64,000 bases of DNA from Cenococcum geophilum (Eukaryota). The stretch covers positions 6,634,001 through 6,698,000 of the forward strand of contig CP158636.1 of NCBI GenBank assembly GCA_050273025.1, in the 5' to 3' direction. Of the stretch, positions 50,040 through 61,673 are shown piece after piece (the first letter of the stretch is position 1; every line of letters starts with the position of its first letter). Both the position numbers and the translations under genes were made by a program. The notes under the pieces are model-generated. The model had not been told where the DNA came from, ran no database searches, and was given only the letters and a program-made list of their open reading frames with translations.

Positions 50040-51714
50040 CGGCATAGTAGTAATAGATCGAAAGGTATAATATTAGGTGGATTTTCCTCTAGAGACTAGT
50101 ACTATTAACCTCCTCTAGCTACTTCTCTAATCTTATACTTTAAATTAGCTCTACCCTTTAGGCAATATATAGACTATATTAAAGACCCTAAACACTCCTT
50201 TAGACAGCCCTACTCTATTACTAGCTTAGTAGCCCCTTACTATTTAGTATACTCTACAATTCCTAGAGCTATTAAAGGTAGCTATAGCAATAAATATATT
50301 ATCTACTTTTACCTCTACCCCAGAAGGCCTAGTTATTAAGCCACCGGCCCTAAAAGGCCCTAAAATTAAAGCAATATCGCAAGCCTCTAGGTTAGAGTAT
50401 AAGACGGTAAACAAAGTATATATCTTTACAGTCGTGCATATATAGTCCTACTAACACTATTTCTTTACAGTTGGGATAAGAAAGCTTATTAGTATAAGAT
50501 TATTAAGCTAGTAGCCCTAATAGGAGAGGTTAATAAACTGGACCAATACGTGTTTGTTAATTGTATTTAAATTAGTAAATATAATACTCTTTATAAATAT
50601 CTTTAATTACTAAAGATAAATCACAGATAAGAAAACTAAAGACTCTATATTTTATATTAATGTTAAGTTTAAGGGGTTGCGAGATGTTCTTAGGAAGGTC
50701 CTTAAAGATATCTATAGAATCTGCCTAAGAGAGGACAAGCCTTTAGTACGGAAAATCTCCGCTATTAAAACCTACCAGCTTATACCGCGTATAGGTTAAA
50801 TAGAACCTTCTATATAATTTTCTTCCAGAACTAGAATTGTATTAAAGTAGTATAAACGTTAGCTCTAAGAACGAAGTATATTTAAAATATTTAGACCTCT
50901 TAATTAACTTTATTAAAACTACCTACGCGTCTATAACTAAACGCCTTAAACCCCTTTTTAAGAACTATAAAATTATATATAATCTACTTTAGGCTCTCTT
51001 TAAGCCAAACTTAAAGATCTATACTACTTATCCTAGTACCAGCGAACTAAGATACGTTAAGTTTAATTATAGTAAGGAAAAAACAAGATAAAGCGGAGCT
51101 AAGTACTTCTATCTAGACTATTACTACTTCAATTTCGATGGGAAAGTGTTTAGAGAAGCCGCCCTTAAGCTTACTATTAAGAAGTTCCGCGGAACGAAAC
51201 GAATAGACTTCCTTTAGGTATTTCCTTTAGAGTACTACTAAAAATTGAGCGAGATTAGAGCACGGCTGATTAGATATAGTTAAACGTTTAATAACTTAAG
51301 AGGTGTTTACTACCGCTAGTACTAAGGGACTACTTTCTATATAGATAAAGACGGCAATAAAATTAAAGTCTTTATTAAGAGCCGAGTTATAGTTAATATA
51401 GTGTATTTCTGGCAAATTAACCCTAATTATACTAGACTATAAATTAATAAGTTACTAGAAACGCTAAACTTATAGGCTATTATTAATTCCGCAGAGAGCT
51501 TAAATAAAAGAAAAAACTAAATTAAGAAGATAAATTTAGATCTAACTAAAAATAAAGTATTAGAATTTCCTAATTAGCAGCCTAATTATACTAGGTTTTA
51601 GTCTAGGTAACAAGCTCTAGCGTATATTATCTTTATTTATATATAAGCGGCATTTACTAACGCGTTATAGTTAAGTTCGCAATTACTAATATTAATAACA
51701 TCACGTAAAACCAC
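50040..51714 (+). pseudogene. N-terminal part of a fungal AAA+ ATPase gene (DUF7025-type N-terminus), multi-exon, RIP-destroyed, interrupted by R
   Basis: ASRLEYKTV (intron) WDKK...LRDVLRKVL...FDGKVFREAALKLTIKKFRGTKRID...FPLEYY...SRVIVNIVYFWQINPNY...ILGFSLGNKL (intron) FAITNINNIT. The Walker motifs are not in the window, and the start is approximate. Confidence 0.7.
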
Positions 51715-51716
51715 TA

Positions 51717-53140
51717 GGGGGTGCAGCTACTCGAGTCAAAATAATCAAGAACATTAAAAATGCATTGATTTCTACTTCTAATCACTACAACTTGCTTTTA
51801 ATAGGCTTCCCACTAGAATTAACTAGCATTTCACATCGTTCTGGCATCTCTGCGATACGCGCGCAAATTTCCTACATTATTACCTTACTCCATTCCTCCT
51901 GTAGAGCCTATTTTAGCTCCTTTATATCTATCTACACCCTATAACAAATTCTTTGCTTTATAATATTCTAGTAAGCCTTAATTGGATTTAAATTAGGCGA
52001 TTAAGGTAGGTAAACAATAATATTAATCTAATTAGCCTTTCTATAAGCTCTAGCTAAGGATTTAGTCTATCCTTTAGGAACTACATAGCTATAGGAGTGA
52101 TTATTATCTTCTTACAAAACCTACGGCTTACTAGAGTTCTAGAGGCGCGTATATTAAATAGCAGAGATATAAACAGGCAATAAACGGTCCATATAGTATT
52201 TCTAAGTTATTAAATTACCTTTAGGTTTAACTTCTTACTTATAAGGTAATAAAGCTTCCCATTCCCTAATTCGCTCATTATATAACTCTTAAGACTTATT
52301 CTTGCGGTAGCAAGGCTTACGCGGTTATTTTGGCCGAATAGTCTTATCCTCCTTATTGTGGTAGAACTTAAGCTTTTTATATTTAGTGTGCCAATTAACC
52401 TATCTAGCGGCGTGTAACCTATTCCCTTCTCTTTTTAGCCATTCTTAAATATTCTTAGGATTTTCACGCGTTCCTTTTTCTTGTAGTATATAGCCAGCTC
52501 GTATAGATAAAGGTTTAATATAAAACTCGTCTATATAGAAGATAAACTAGTAGTAATCCTTTACCGTCTTACCCTTATTCTCTACGCCGTAATTAATTCG
52601 TTTTTGCTTATTTATAAGGGAAATCTTCTTCTTTACGTATGCCTACTTAAAGCGCCGCGCACCTTTAGTATGTCGTTTAAGCATTATCTTAAGCTGGCGT
52701 GGTTTAACTCTAATATTAAAGTATTTAATCTAAGCCTTAAGGAACTAATCGCGGACTGGATTTAACGGAGATACCAAGCGCTAGCATTGCTCTTTTGTAA
52801 CTCAAGACTTATAACTAAGGACTTTTGACCTCTTGCGCGTACAACGATGTATATTACGTCCATTTAAACGTCTATCGTGGAGCCAGCGTTTTACTGTAGG
52901 TTCGGTAGTGCCAGATTTAATCGCAATCGTAAGAATGGATTTCTCGCCGTGTTCTCGGTCGTACGCGTTAAAAAAAAACTGGTCTTTTTTAATCGTATCG
53001 TATTCCCCGACATGTCTTTAGTTAGGAGGAGTCTTTTCGCGCGCTGCACGCCGTGTTATAGGAGCCATAATAGTGATGGTAAAAATGAGCGTTTTCGCGT
53101 TTTCGCGTTCTCGCTTATTTTGACCCGTATCACGAGTAGC
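51717..53140 (-). mobile_element. Tc1/IS630-like DNA transposon R; right TIR interrupted by Copia F
   Basis: TA at 51715-51716, then GGGGGTGCAGCTACTCGAGTCAAAATAA. Imperfect inverted copy TTATTTTGAC...CGAGTAGC ends at 53140. Minus-strand transposase ~53068-51782 with IDE, EDNNHSY and SPNLNPIK (pre-RIP SPDLNPIE). Confidence 0.85.
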
Positions 53141-53888
53141 TGTCAGATAATCTGTATTCTCGGTGGCGTAGGACGTGCACTGGTCACGTGCACGGGTCAC
53201 GTGTATTGTAAATATCTTCGTCTAAGCCTAGGGGCCCTAGGTCAAGCAACGATCTAGACACGATTAAGATCATTAATTAATTAACCCATTTTATTAATAA
53301 ATAGCTCTATATAAACCATCTGACAGTTATAAGCCCGGTCCACCGATATAAGAAGCTATTTAGCTATTACTTAATCATTTAAAGAAATTCTACCTTATTG
53401 TCAGACTCTGATACTTAATCGTCATAAGACGACCCTGATTGAAATCCTACCTCAATTGTTACAGGACGAGATTCCATGAGATTCCACGAGATTCTACGAG
53501 ATTCTACCTTAATTGTTAAAGGACGATCCTAACAATAAAGACGATCCTAATAATAAGGACGATCCTGATAATAAAATACTATCTTAATTCCTCCTTTGCC
53601 TATTAGTTAAATGACTTTACCGATTACCTTATTAAACACGATTATCCTTAATAAGCTAGAAGACTAAGAATAATAGCTATAGCAACTCTAAGCCCTTATA
53701 GCTTAGTAAATTTAGGCCTACGTTAACCCAGCTATAGAAGCACCTTAAGAAGGTCTACTTAAAAAACCACCTTATCTAAAGGTTATAGATTTTAATAAGA
53801 ATGCAACCTTATATGTATAGCTCTCGTTAAATTAATAGAAAGCGTATAAGAATAGTAGATAATACTACAACTAGGATATAAAGTATTT

Positions 53889-54070
53889 TGTAACCGACTA
53901 CGGTACCCTGCCAAAACACTACCTTGTCTCACTAGCGTACCACCTTGTTTCAGTTGCCTAGCCCTTGACTCGCTCACCGACTCGGTCTACTTTCATGTAT
54001 TTATACCACTTGATTTCCATAGATTTACAATAAAGTTGCTCATTCAATCCTTCACACTGCAAAGCTTACA
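53889..54070. mobile_element. Solo LTR I (182 bp), little RIP, inside gag of F
   Basis: TGTAA...TTACA ends; TSD TATTT at 53884-53888 and 54071-54075. Internal AATAAA. Many CpA/TpG retained. Confidence 0.88.
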
Positions 54071-55144
54071 TATTTCCTAAGATAGGAAGATTATCTTTAA
54101 CAGATCCGCATCTAGATTACATCTATAGTATTAATTTAGAAGAAGCTACTGCTTAACCCTTCCTTAACTATTAAGGAATGGCTATCTCGGTTAAAGGAGA
54201 ACATAGAACCTACCTTATTGTTTATTAGAAAGAAGGTATAATACTAGTATACGGAAGCCCTTAAGGGGTTTAAACACTTATTAAAATTAAATTAGTGGTT
54301 AGATTAATGGGAATATATAATAGTACTAGAAGAGAAGTATAAGATCCCTTAAATATTAGATGGAATCTAGCTATAAGATTTAGCAGAAGTTATTTAACCT
54401 TTTAGCGACGCCTACTATATAAAGTATACTACCGAGTTAAATAACCCTTAGAAGTTAAGATCTTCCAAATACCGCAGAGTAGTAAAGGAGCTGTAAGAAG
54501 GACTTAAAATACCCTTAAAGAAAGCTAATACTACTATAAGAGGGAGTACCTTTAATGCAGACTTTGTAGAGTAAGCCACAATAGATTACTTTAATACTAC
54601 TAAAGGTCTAGGGAAAGGAACCTTAGTATATACTAGACGCTTAAAGAGAGCCAGGTTATTAGTAGATAAGAAGACATTCTATAAAAAGCTACTACCTGTG
54701 TACTTAGCGTGCGAGAAACAAGGATATTCCTTTTAAGACTATTAGTATTTATTTAAAGATAAGAGACCTAAAGGAGTTATAATCAGAGATGCTCGCATTA
54801 AAAGGGTGCTAAAGAAGGTAGAAAAGAATAAGGATCTTACTAACTAAGTTATAAAGATTAGACTTAAAGAATAAAATAAGGCTTAATAACAATAGGATAA
54901 GAGCTAGGAGATAGTTAAGATTAAGGGAAAAGCTAATGCGATATTCCTAGAATTGTATTATACCGGTTAACTCTATCCGCTAAAGCTATTAACTATTCTT
55001 AACTTAGGAACCACTCTCTATATCTTTAATAACCTCTCTTATCTCTATAACTTTAGGAAAGCTTTAAGATATAAATATATTATCGCCGGCAGCTTAGAAG
55101 TGCCTATACTAGGCTATAGTAATATTACTATCTAAATCACAAAA

Positions 55145-57294
55145 TGTAAGGGTTATTTTGGCCCTTACTTGGCTATATCGCCTAGGGGCTCTTAGGGGTC
55201 GCTAAGGCTAGCCTTCGGCTAGCCCTTAGCACCTCCTTATAAGCACCTTAGGCTTACAGCCCTTCCCTCCTTATTAGTTTGTCTTTTTATAGGCTATTAC
55301 CTACTCTTATTACTATATCGTCCTCTTTTATCAACTCTCCTTATAACTTATGCTTGGCTTACCTACTCCCTACTATATACCCTAGCAATACTGCCTTATA
55401 TTTAAACCGATCCTATACCCTTACGGGTAATAGCCTATAGTAAGCCGAGGGCTGCGCCCTTAAGCAATTTTACGATCCTCTATTTTTACCTAGAACGATT
55501 ACGTTTACTATAATACAGTAGGTACACCAGTAGACGCCTAGAGATTATATCTGCATAACAGTGTTAGAATACGGATTAGATCCTCTTCTTACCTAGAATA
55601 ATCGCGTATACTATAAAGCAGCTATACTAGTAAACGTCTAGCAGATCGTATCTGTATATTATAGTAGTAGATACGGATTAGAAGATAAGGGAGACGGTAG
55701 CTACCTAGCTAAGGGTTAGGGCTATTTAGATTGTACGCGATTATCTCCTAAGGCGATTGGTATACTTGTATATAATTAGCAGTGCAGCGGTGCAGCTCTA
55801 CCCCAACAGCAACTTAAAGGTAATTTAATTGCTATCCGAAAGCTTTCTGGCAGGAGTTAAAGGGAATCCTATATAATTAAGCTTGTAAACACTCTATAAC
55901 TAACCGCGGTTTACTTACTATAGAGGTCCCACTAATAGAGATTAGAAGGTTAAACGTCCTTAAAGAGATATAGCTACCCTAGAGGCTATCTAATTGCTAT
56001 TTAATGGCTATCTAAGAAACTAACGGCTAGTTTTTAAAGCTATAGCTACTACTATACGCTTCCAGATTAAATGCAATTAGGGCTATAGCCTAACCTAGAA
56101 AGTTTCTGGCTATTAGCTATAGGGCTGCCAAGACTAAACCGTAGGCGGTTGTTTCCTAGAGCTATAGCTTACCTAAGAGAATGGCGGCGGCTTAAAGATC
56201 CTATATAATCTCTTACGGAGCTATATCCTAACCCAGAGACTCTCTAGCTGTTAGCCTAAGGGCTGCCGAGACTAAACCGTAGGCGGTTGTCTCTTCTTAA
56301 GCTACGGCTTACCTTAAGAGCTATAGCTTGCCTAAGAGAATGGCAGCAGCTCTTAGATCCTACATAATCTCTTCTTATTGCTAATATTACTCCGTAATAA
56401 TAGTGTAATTTAGAAGAAAGGAAATACGCGTATGGCTATTTGGCCATCACTTCCTTATAAAAACTAATTACGCGGCCAGGGGAAGACAATTAAGACGTTA
56501 GTTTAAAGTCTCTAAAAAAGAGCTACGTCTTATAAAGATTGTACGCGATCTCTTAGCAAAGCTTTAGTTGCTTTAAGAGCTCCAGCTTGCTTTAAAAGCT
56601 CATAAAACCCTATTGCGGTTAAATACCGATATCTCTCCGAACCCCTTCCGGGACGAGCCCTCTATAATCTCCCGCTACCGTAAGGTAATAGAGGGGGCTG
56701 ACCGTAAGAAGGGGGGGGGGTAATATAAGGGATATTCTTGCTGCTATTAGCCATAGAGCTGTCGAGACTTAATCGCAGGCGATTGTCTCCAAGACTGATC
56801 GTATACGATTAAGTCTTACCCACTAGCAGACGCTCTTTTCCTACCTAAAATAGGCCCTTTTTCCCACTGGGTTTTGGCTATAGGTTAAGGTTTTTATCAA
56901 GGCTGCTTGGCTAGTCCTTTTCCCCTATTTCTTTATTCCCTATATAAGCAAGGCTTTTACACTACTTACCTTTCTATATATAAAATCAATCTATTAGGAT
57001 ACGGGCTAGGGGCTAGCCCTAACTAAGGGGGGGGGCAATGTAAGGGTTATTTTGGCCCTTACTCGGCTATATTGTTTAGGGGCTCTTAGGGGTCGCTAAG
57101 GCTAGCCTTTAGCTAGCCCTTAGCACCTCCTTATAAGCACCTTAGGCTTATAGCCCTTTTCTCCTTATTGGTTTATCTCTCTATAGGCTATTGCCTACCC
57201 TTATTACTATATCGTCCTCTTTTATTAACTTTCCTTATAACTTATACTCGGCTTACCTACTCCCTACTATATACCCTAGCAATACTACCTTACA
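55145..57294 (+). mobile_element. Non-autonomous LTR retroelement E2 (same family as E1)
   Basis: 256-bp LTRs at 55145-55400 and 57039-57294. TSD CAAAA. G-run PPT at ~57025-57035. Non-coding, internally repetitive core colinear with E1. Confidence 0.93.
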
Positions 57295-58568
57295 CAAAAC
57301 TAGATAAGAGTAAGGGAATCCTATATCTTAAGGACGTTGCCTTTTATATGGACTTTAATACAAATCTAGTGTTATTCCGTCTACTTTAAAAATAAGGGTA
57401 CTACTAGAACAATAAAGGAGAGAATAATCTTTTAGTTTAAAAGGATAACTTAGTCCTATATTAAATGGAAGAATATTATAAACTATAGACTATTAAATAC
57501 GTCCGACTAGGAAGACTATTAGCTTTTATTTTAAGCCGACTGCTACGCCGCTAACAGAAGCGCAGAATATCGTTAAGAGACGTTTATCTAGATTTAAAAG
57601 GTAATATATAACTATAGTATCTACGTCTAGGTTATCTAGAACCTATAAGCCTTTATTATTTAGGTATTAGCGCCCTAAGTGTTAAGCTTTAAGGCCCTAA
57701 GATAACGGAATATTAACACTATAGCCTTGCTAAAATTAAGCGTTAGGTCTTATAAAGGCTCTTAAAATAAAAGATTAATAAACCCTATCTTAACCTCTAT
57801 ATTAACTAAACCAACCTTATAGAAGCGTATACCGGATTTATACAAGTTATGCTTATCTATAATACCTACTTAGGAAAATCCTTCCTATACTTTATAACGA
57901 CGCATAGTAAGGAAAAGGAGATACTATAAGTGCTTAAAGATTTCATCTAGTGGATTCGTCTAAGGTATAACCTTAAAGTTAATACTATTAGATTAGACAA
58001 CAAGCTAGGGAGAAGAAAAACCCTTAAATAGCTACGGACTTAAGGGATTATATTTAAGCCTTTAGCGCCATATATTTAAGCTTAGAATAGTACCGCCAAA
58101 CGCTTAGGGAGTGTAATTATTAAGAGAGCATAAGTAATAAGAATTGCTGCTAATCTACTATATAATCTATAAAACGAGATAGTTAACTATATAGTCTACC
58201 TTAGAGATTAAACGCCACGGGAAAGTAATAGATAGAAATTGCTATATAAGAGGTTTTATACCTTCCTAGCTAATAGGAGATTAAGAAAACCATAACTAGT
58301 ATACCTAAAAGCCTACGGCTATAGGGTGTACGCGATAACGTCAGACGCCTAGCTAAAGAAGAAAAGGCTAAGCAAACTAGATCCGCGAGCCTATATTAGC
58401 TACCTTATTAGCTATAACTCTACTAATATCTATAGAATCTAGATCCTATATAGGGGTATCATTATCTCTACTAGGGACGTTATCTTTAATAAAAAAATGT
58501 TCTTTAATAGTAAGTAAACGGATATCTTAAAGAACCTATATGCTGAATTAGATATACTAATTAAGAAG

Positions 58569-61500
58569 TGTTAGGAACGCTTTAAGTACAATATTATAAC
58601 TACTTAGAGAAGAGTCGGAAGAAGCTAGTTAGTTAATTTAGGTATAGTCTAGAATAGAGCTAATAGAGCTATATAACGAGGAATGGTAACTAAGGTCACG
58701 TAATATAATCTATATAATCTATAAGATCTATATAATCCATAATAAAGTAAATAGAGTACACGTACACTATATATAAGAAGGATTTTATAGGAATACGGTT
58801 GCGTATTTAAGGACCCTTAATCCCTACCTAGATAGTTCCTTCCTTATAGTAATTCTTAGAATACAATTAGAGTTAATCTATTAGGTAACTACTTTACTAG
58901 TTATTATTACGTTGTTAACTTTAATTTATATTACTTATACACCTAGCCTATTAATAAGCCTATTTTAGTACTTACTATAAGGTTCCGTTACATAATTACT
59001 ACCTAGTTATAGTATTAAATATAGAAAGTCGAATAACATACTACTAAAAGCAGCCACTATAACGCCATTAACGGCGGTAACTACTTTAAGGTTAGGAAAC
59101 GACACTAGTATAGCAGATACTAACTTATAGCAACCTATAACGGTTAAACAGCTATAAGAGATAACCAGTTAATAGAAAATAATATAATATTAAAAAATAG
59201 GATTAACGAGATAGGAGCAGCAAAGATTAAGTTACTATTAATTAAAAGATTCTTAGGAGAAAGGTTAAAGCTTAAAGGATTTCTTATATAAATGCACTTT
59301 AAAGTTATATAAGAAGGGGTAAAGCTACTAATACCTATGGATTGAATAGTATATGCGGGACTATTCCTATTAGGAAGGGTACTTAAGTAGTTTAAGCCTT
59401 ATTTTATGGAAATATAGGTAAACGGAATAATAACCACTAATTAGGAGGTATAATTTATATTTTTAAGCTAGGAAGGGTTTATAGAGCGACTTATATAGAT
59501 ATTTAGAGACCTAGAGGTAGTAACTACGGCGAAAAGAAAACTCTAAAATATTACGTAATAAACCTTAGCGATTAAGTATATAATGTAGTTTTAGATGTTA
59601 GCTATATAAGTTAAGTGGAATAATGAGGCGCTTATGGTACAGTATAAATAAGGACTTAAGGCTAAAGTCTAGGACGCGATTATTCTAATAAAAGATGCGG
59701 AAACCCTACGGGATTTTAATAGATTAAGCGATTAAGATTAACAATTAGATTTACTAAAGGGAATAGGCCAAGAGAGGCTAAGATAGAGTTCTATAGTTAT
59801 ATAAGGCGTAAAGTACGTAATAACTAAAGCTAAGTTAGAAATTATAGTATAGCGCAGAGCTAATAGACCTAAGTAGTACTAAAGAAGCCTATAAGAGATA
59901 AAGTAAGAAACTATAAAAACCTAAAGGTTAAGGATCTAGTAATTATAAGACTAAACAGTAGAGGCTAAACCAGGGATCTTAGCAGTAGAAGATGTTTAGG
60001 CGAACTCTATAGCAAAGTTAGTAGTTTAAAGATAGAGCTTATATAAATTGTAGAAAATAAGGTTACTTCGCAAGAGATTATAAAGATAGTTAAAGTTACT
60101 ATATAATAAAGGGAACTAGACTAGTAGAAGATATATATATATAGATAAATAATAGTATACTATAAGGAACAAAAGAATATTTAATTAGAAGTTTTGCGTT
60201 TTATTATAATAACGTATACTAAATTTATAAAGACGCTAAGTATAGCGTAAGCTACTAGCTATAGGAGCTAAAATCTTTAAAGTATAGGGGAACTAATAAA
60301 CTATTACGTAGATTAGATATTAAAGACGACGAGTTTAATATAGGCAAAGTATTTATAGACGATAAGGTAATAAAGGCAGTTTACTAAGAACGCGTAAACC
60401 TTAAAGAAGTTATATTAGAAGTAAAGACTAAGACCGCTATAAAGCAAGGTTTAGTAACAGGAATTATAATAATATTAAATACGGCATCTATTGCTTTATA
60501 AGATAAAAGAAAAAGTATTTTATAGGGATTAAGTAAGCAAACAACTACTAGTGCTAATTTATTACTTAATAAAGGTAAAAAGCTAAAGGCTTAAGATTTT
60601 TAAGATGAGATAAAAAACGACTAAGATTTTTAAGATAAGATAAGGTATACCTAAGGACCTATAACGGATAGAAACCGATAAAGTAGGGCAATAGCTTAGT
60701 TTAAAGATATACGAATAAGTATAAGGTAGAGTTTCCTATAGGTATAAGACTCTTAAGATAAAATAAGTAAGATTTAAGACTCTTAAAATAAGATAAGAAC
60801 ACCTAAGCCTAGTTAGACTAAGGTAGAAGTAAAGCTTAAGATAGAAGTAAGCTTAGAATTAAGAATTCTATAGAACTAAGACTTTAAGATACAAATAAGG
60901 ACTATTAACGAGATTAAGAAGTAAGAAGACTTTAAGAATCTACTTATAAAACGCAAAAGAAAAGAAACTATAGAGGAGTTTAAAGTAAGAATTACCTTAT
61001 AGCAAGATAAGAAACTAGATAAGAAATTTAGTATACTAGAACGTATAAAGGATAGAGCATCTATATAAAGAATTACTAATAGGCCTAGGGTAGGCATATT
61101 AAGAGCTAAGTAGCTTACTAAACTGAAATAAGAAGAGGATTTAAGGATTTTAATTAGATTTAAAGAACGATATATAAAGGGCTATTATAACGTAGTAATA
61201 AGAAGATACTTCCTTATGGACAAGCCGTATATACTTAAGGGGCTATACTAAAAGTAGTATAGGCAACGGCATAATAACAAGTAGGAAGATTTCTATATAT
61301 AGCTAGATAAAAAGGTTGTCTAAGACCACCCGATTATAGAAAAGGCTATAAGTTATATTAAAGAAGCCTTAATTATAATATTAAAAGATCTAGAGAAGTA
61401 ATTAGAGGACTAAAGAAGTAAGAAATAAATCTTAGTATCTATAAATAAAGTTATAACGCTTAAATTAATATAAGAAAGGTTTAAACTTAAAGATAAAGAT

Positions 61501-61673
61501 AAACTAAGAGTTAACCTAAAATACTAAGTATATTATACGTTGGCATAAATTATATATATAAATAATATATATAATATATATAAAGTATCTAATAAGGATA
61601 TATTAGGCACTAGATAAGGCGGAATATAGAAATGCTAAGTATATATATAGTTGGCACTTAGTAGAAGTATAAA
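58569..61673 (+). mobile_element. Gypsy D-family copy D2, 5' part (LTR, gag, gag extension); interrupted by D3
   Basis: 5' LTR at 58569-58992 homologous to the D1 LTR. gag colinear with D1 10100-11400, 19347-19595 and 35160-35670. Confidence 0.9.

Larger units (their letters stand above)
53141..58568 (+). mobile_element. Ty1/Copia LTR retrotransposon F (non-GalEa), 5' part; interrupted by solo LTR I, E2 and D2
   Basis: 5' LTR at 53141-53325 (TGTCAGAT...ATCTGACA), then GTTATAAGCCC, resembling the fungal Copia GGTTATGAGCCC PBS. Knuckle ~54700, protease ILNLGTT ~55000, integrase ~57600-58200, LKAYG/KLDPRA/STRDVIF ~58305-58490. 3' LTR not in window. Confidence 0.88.

Noticed and set aside
48540..50040. 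Possible additional degenerate genes and an A-rich pentamer tract (~49330-49435)
   Set aside because: No motif could be recognised by eye; needs deRIP and BLASTX.
52833..53257. Plus-strand ORFs of 62 and 126 aa
   Set aside because: Antisense to the R transposase start; the longer one runs across the R/F junction.
1205..61097. Other short Leu/Ile/Tyr-rich ORFs in the track (e.g. 1205, 3127, 8428, 19519, 27822, 38624, 47425, 53792, 57168, 60876)
   Set aside because: They lie within LTRs or RIPped TE bodies, mostly start at non-ATG codons, and their composition reflects RIP.
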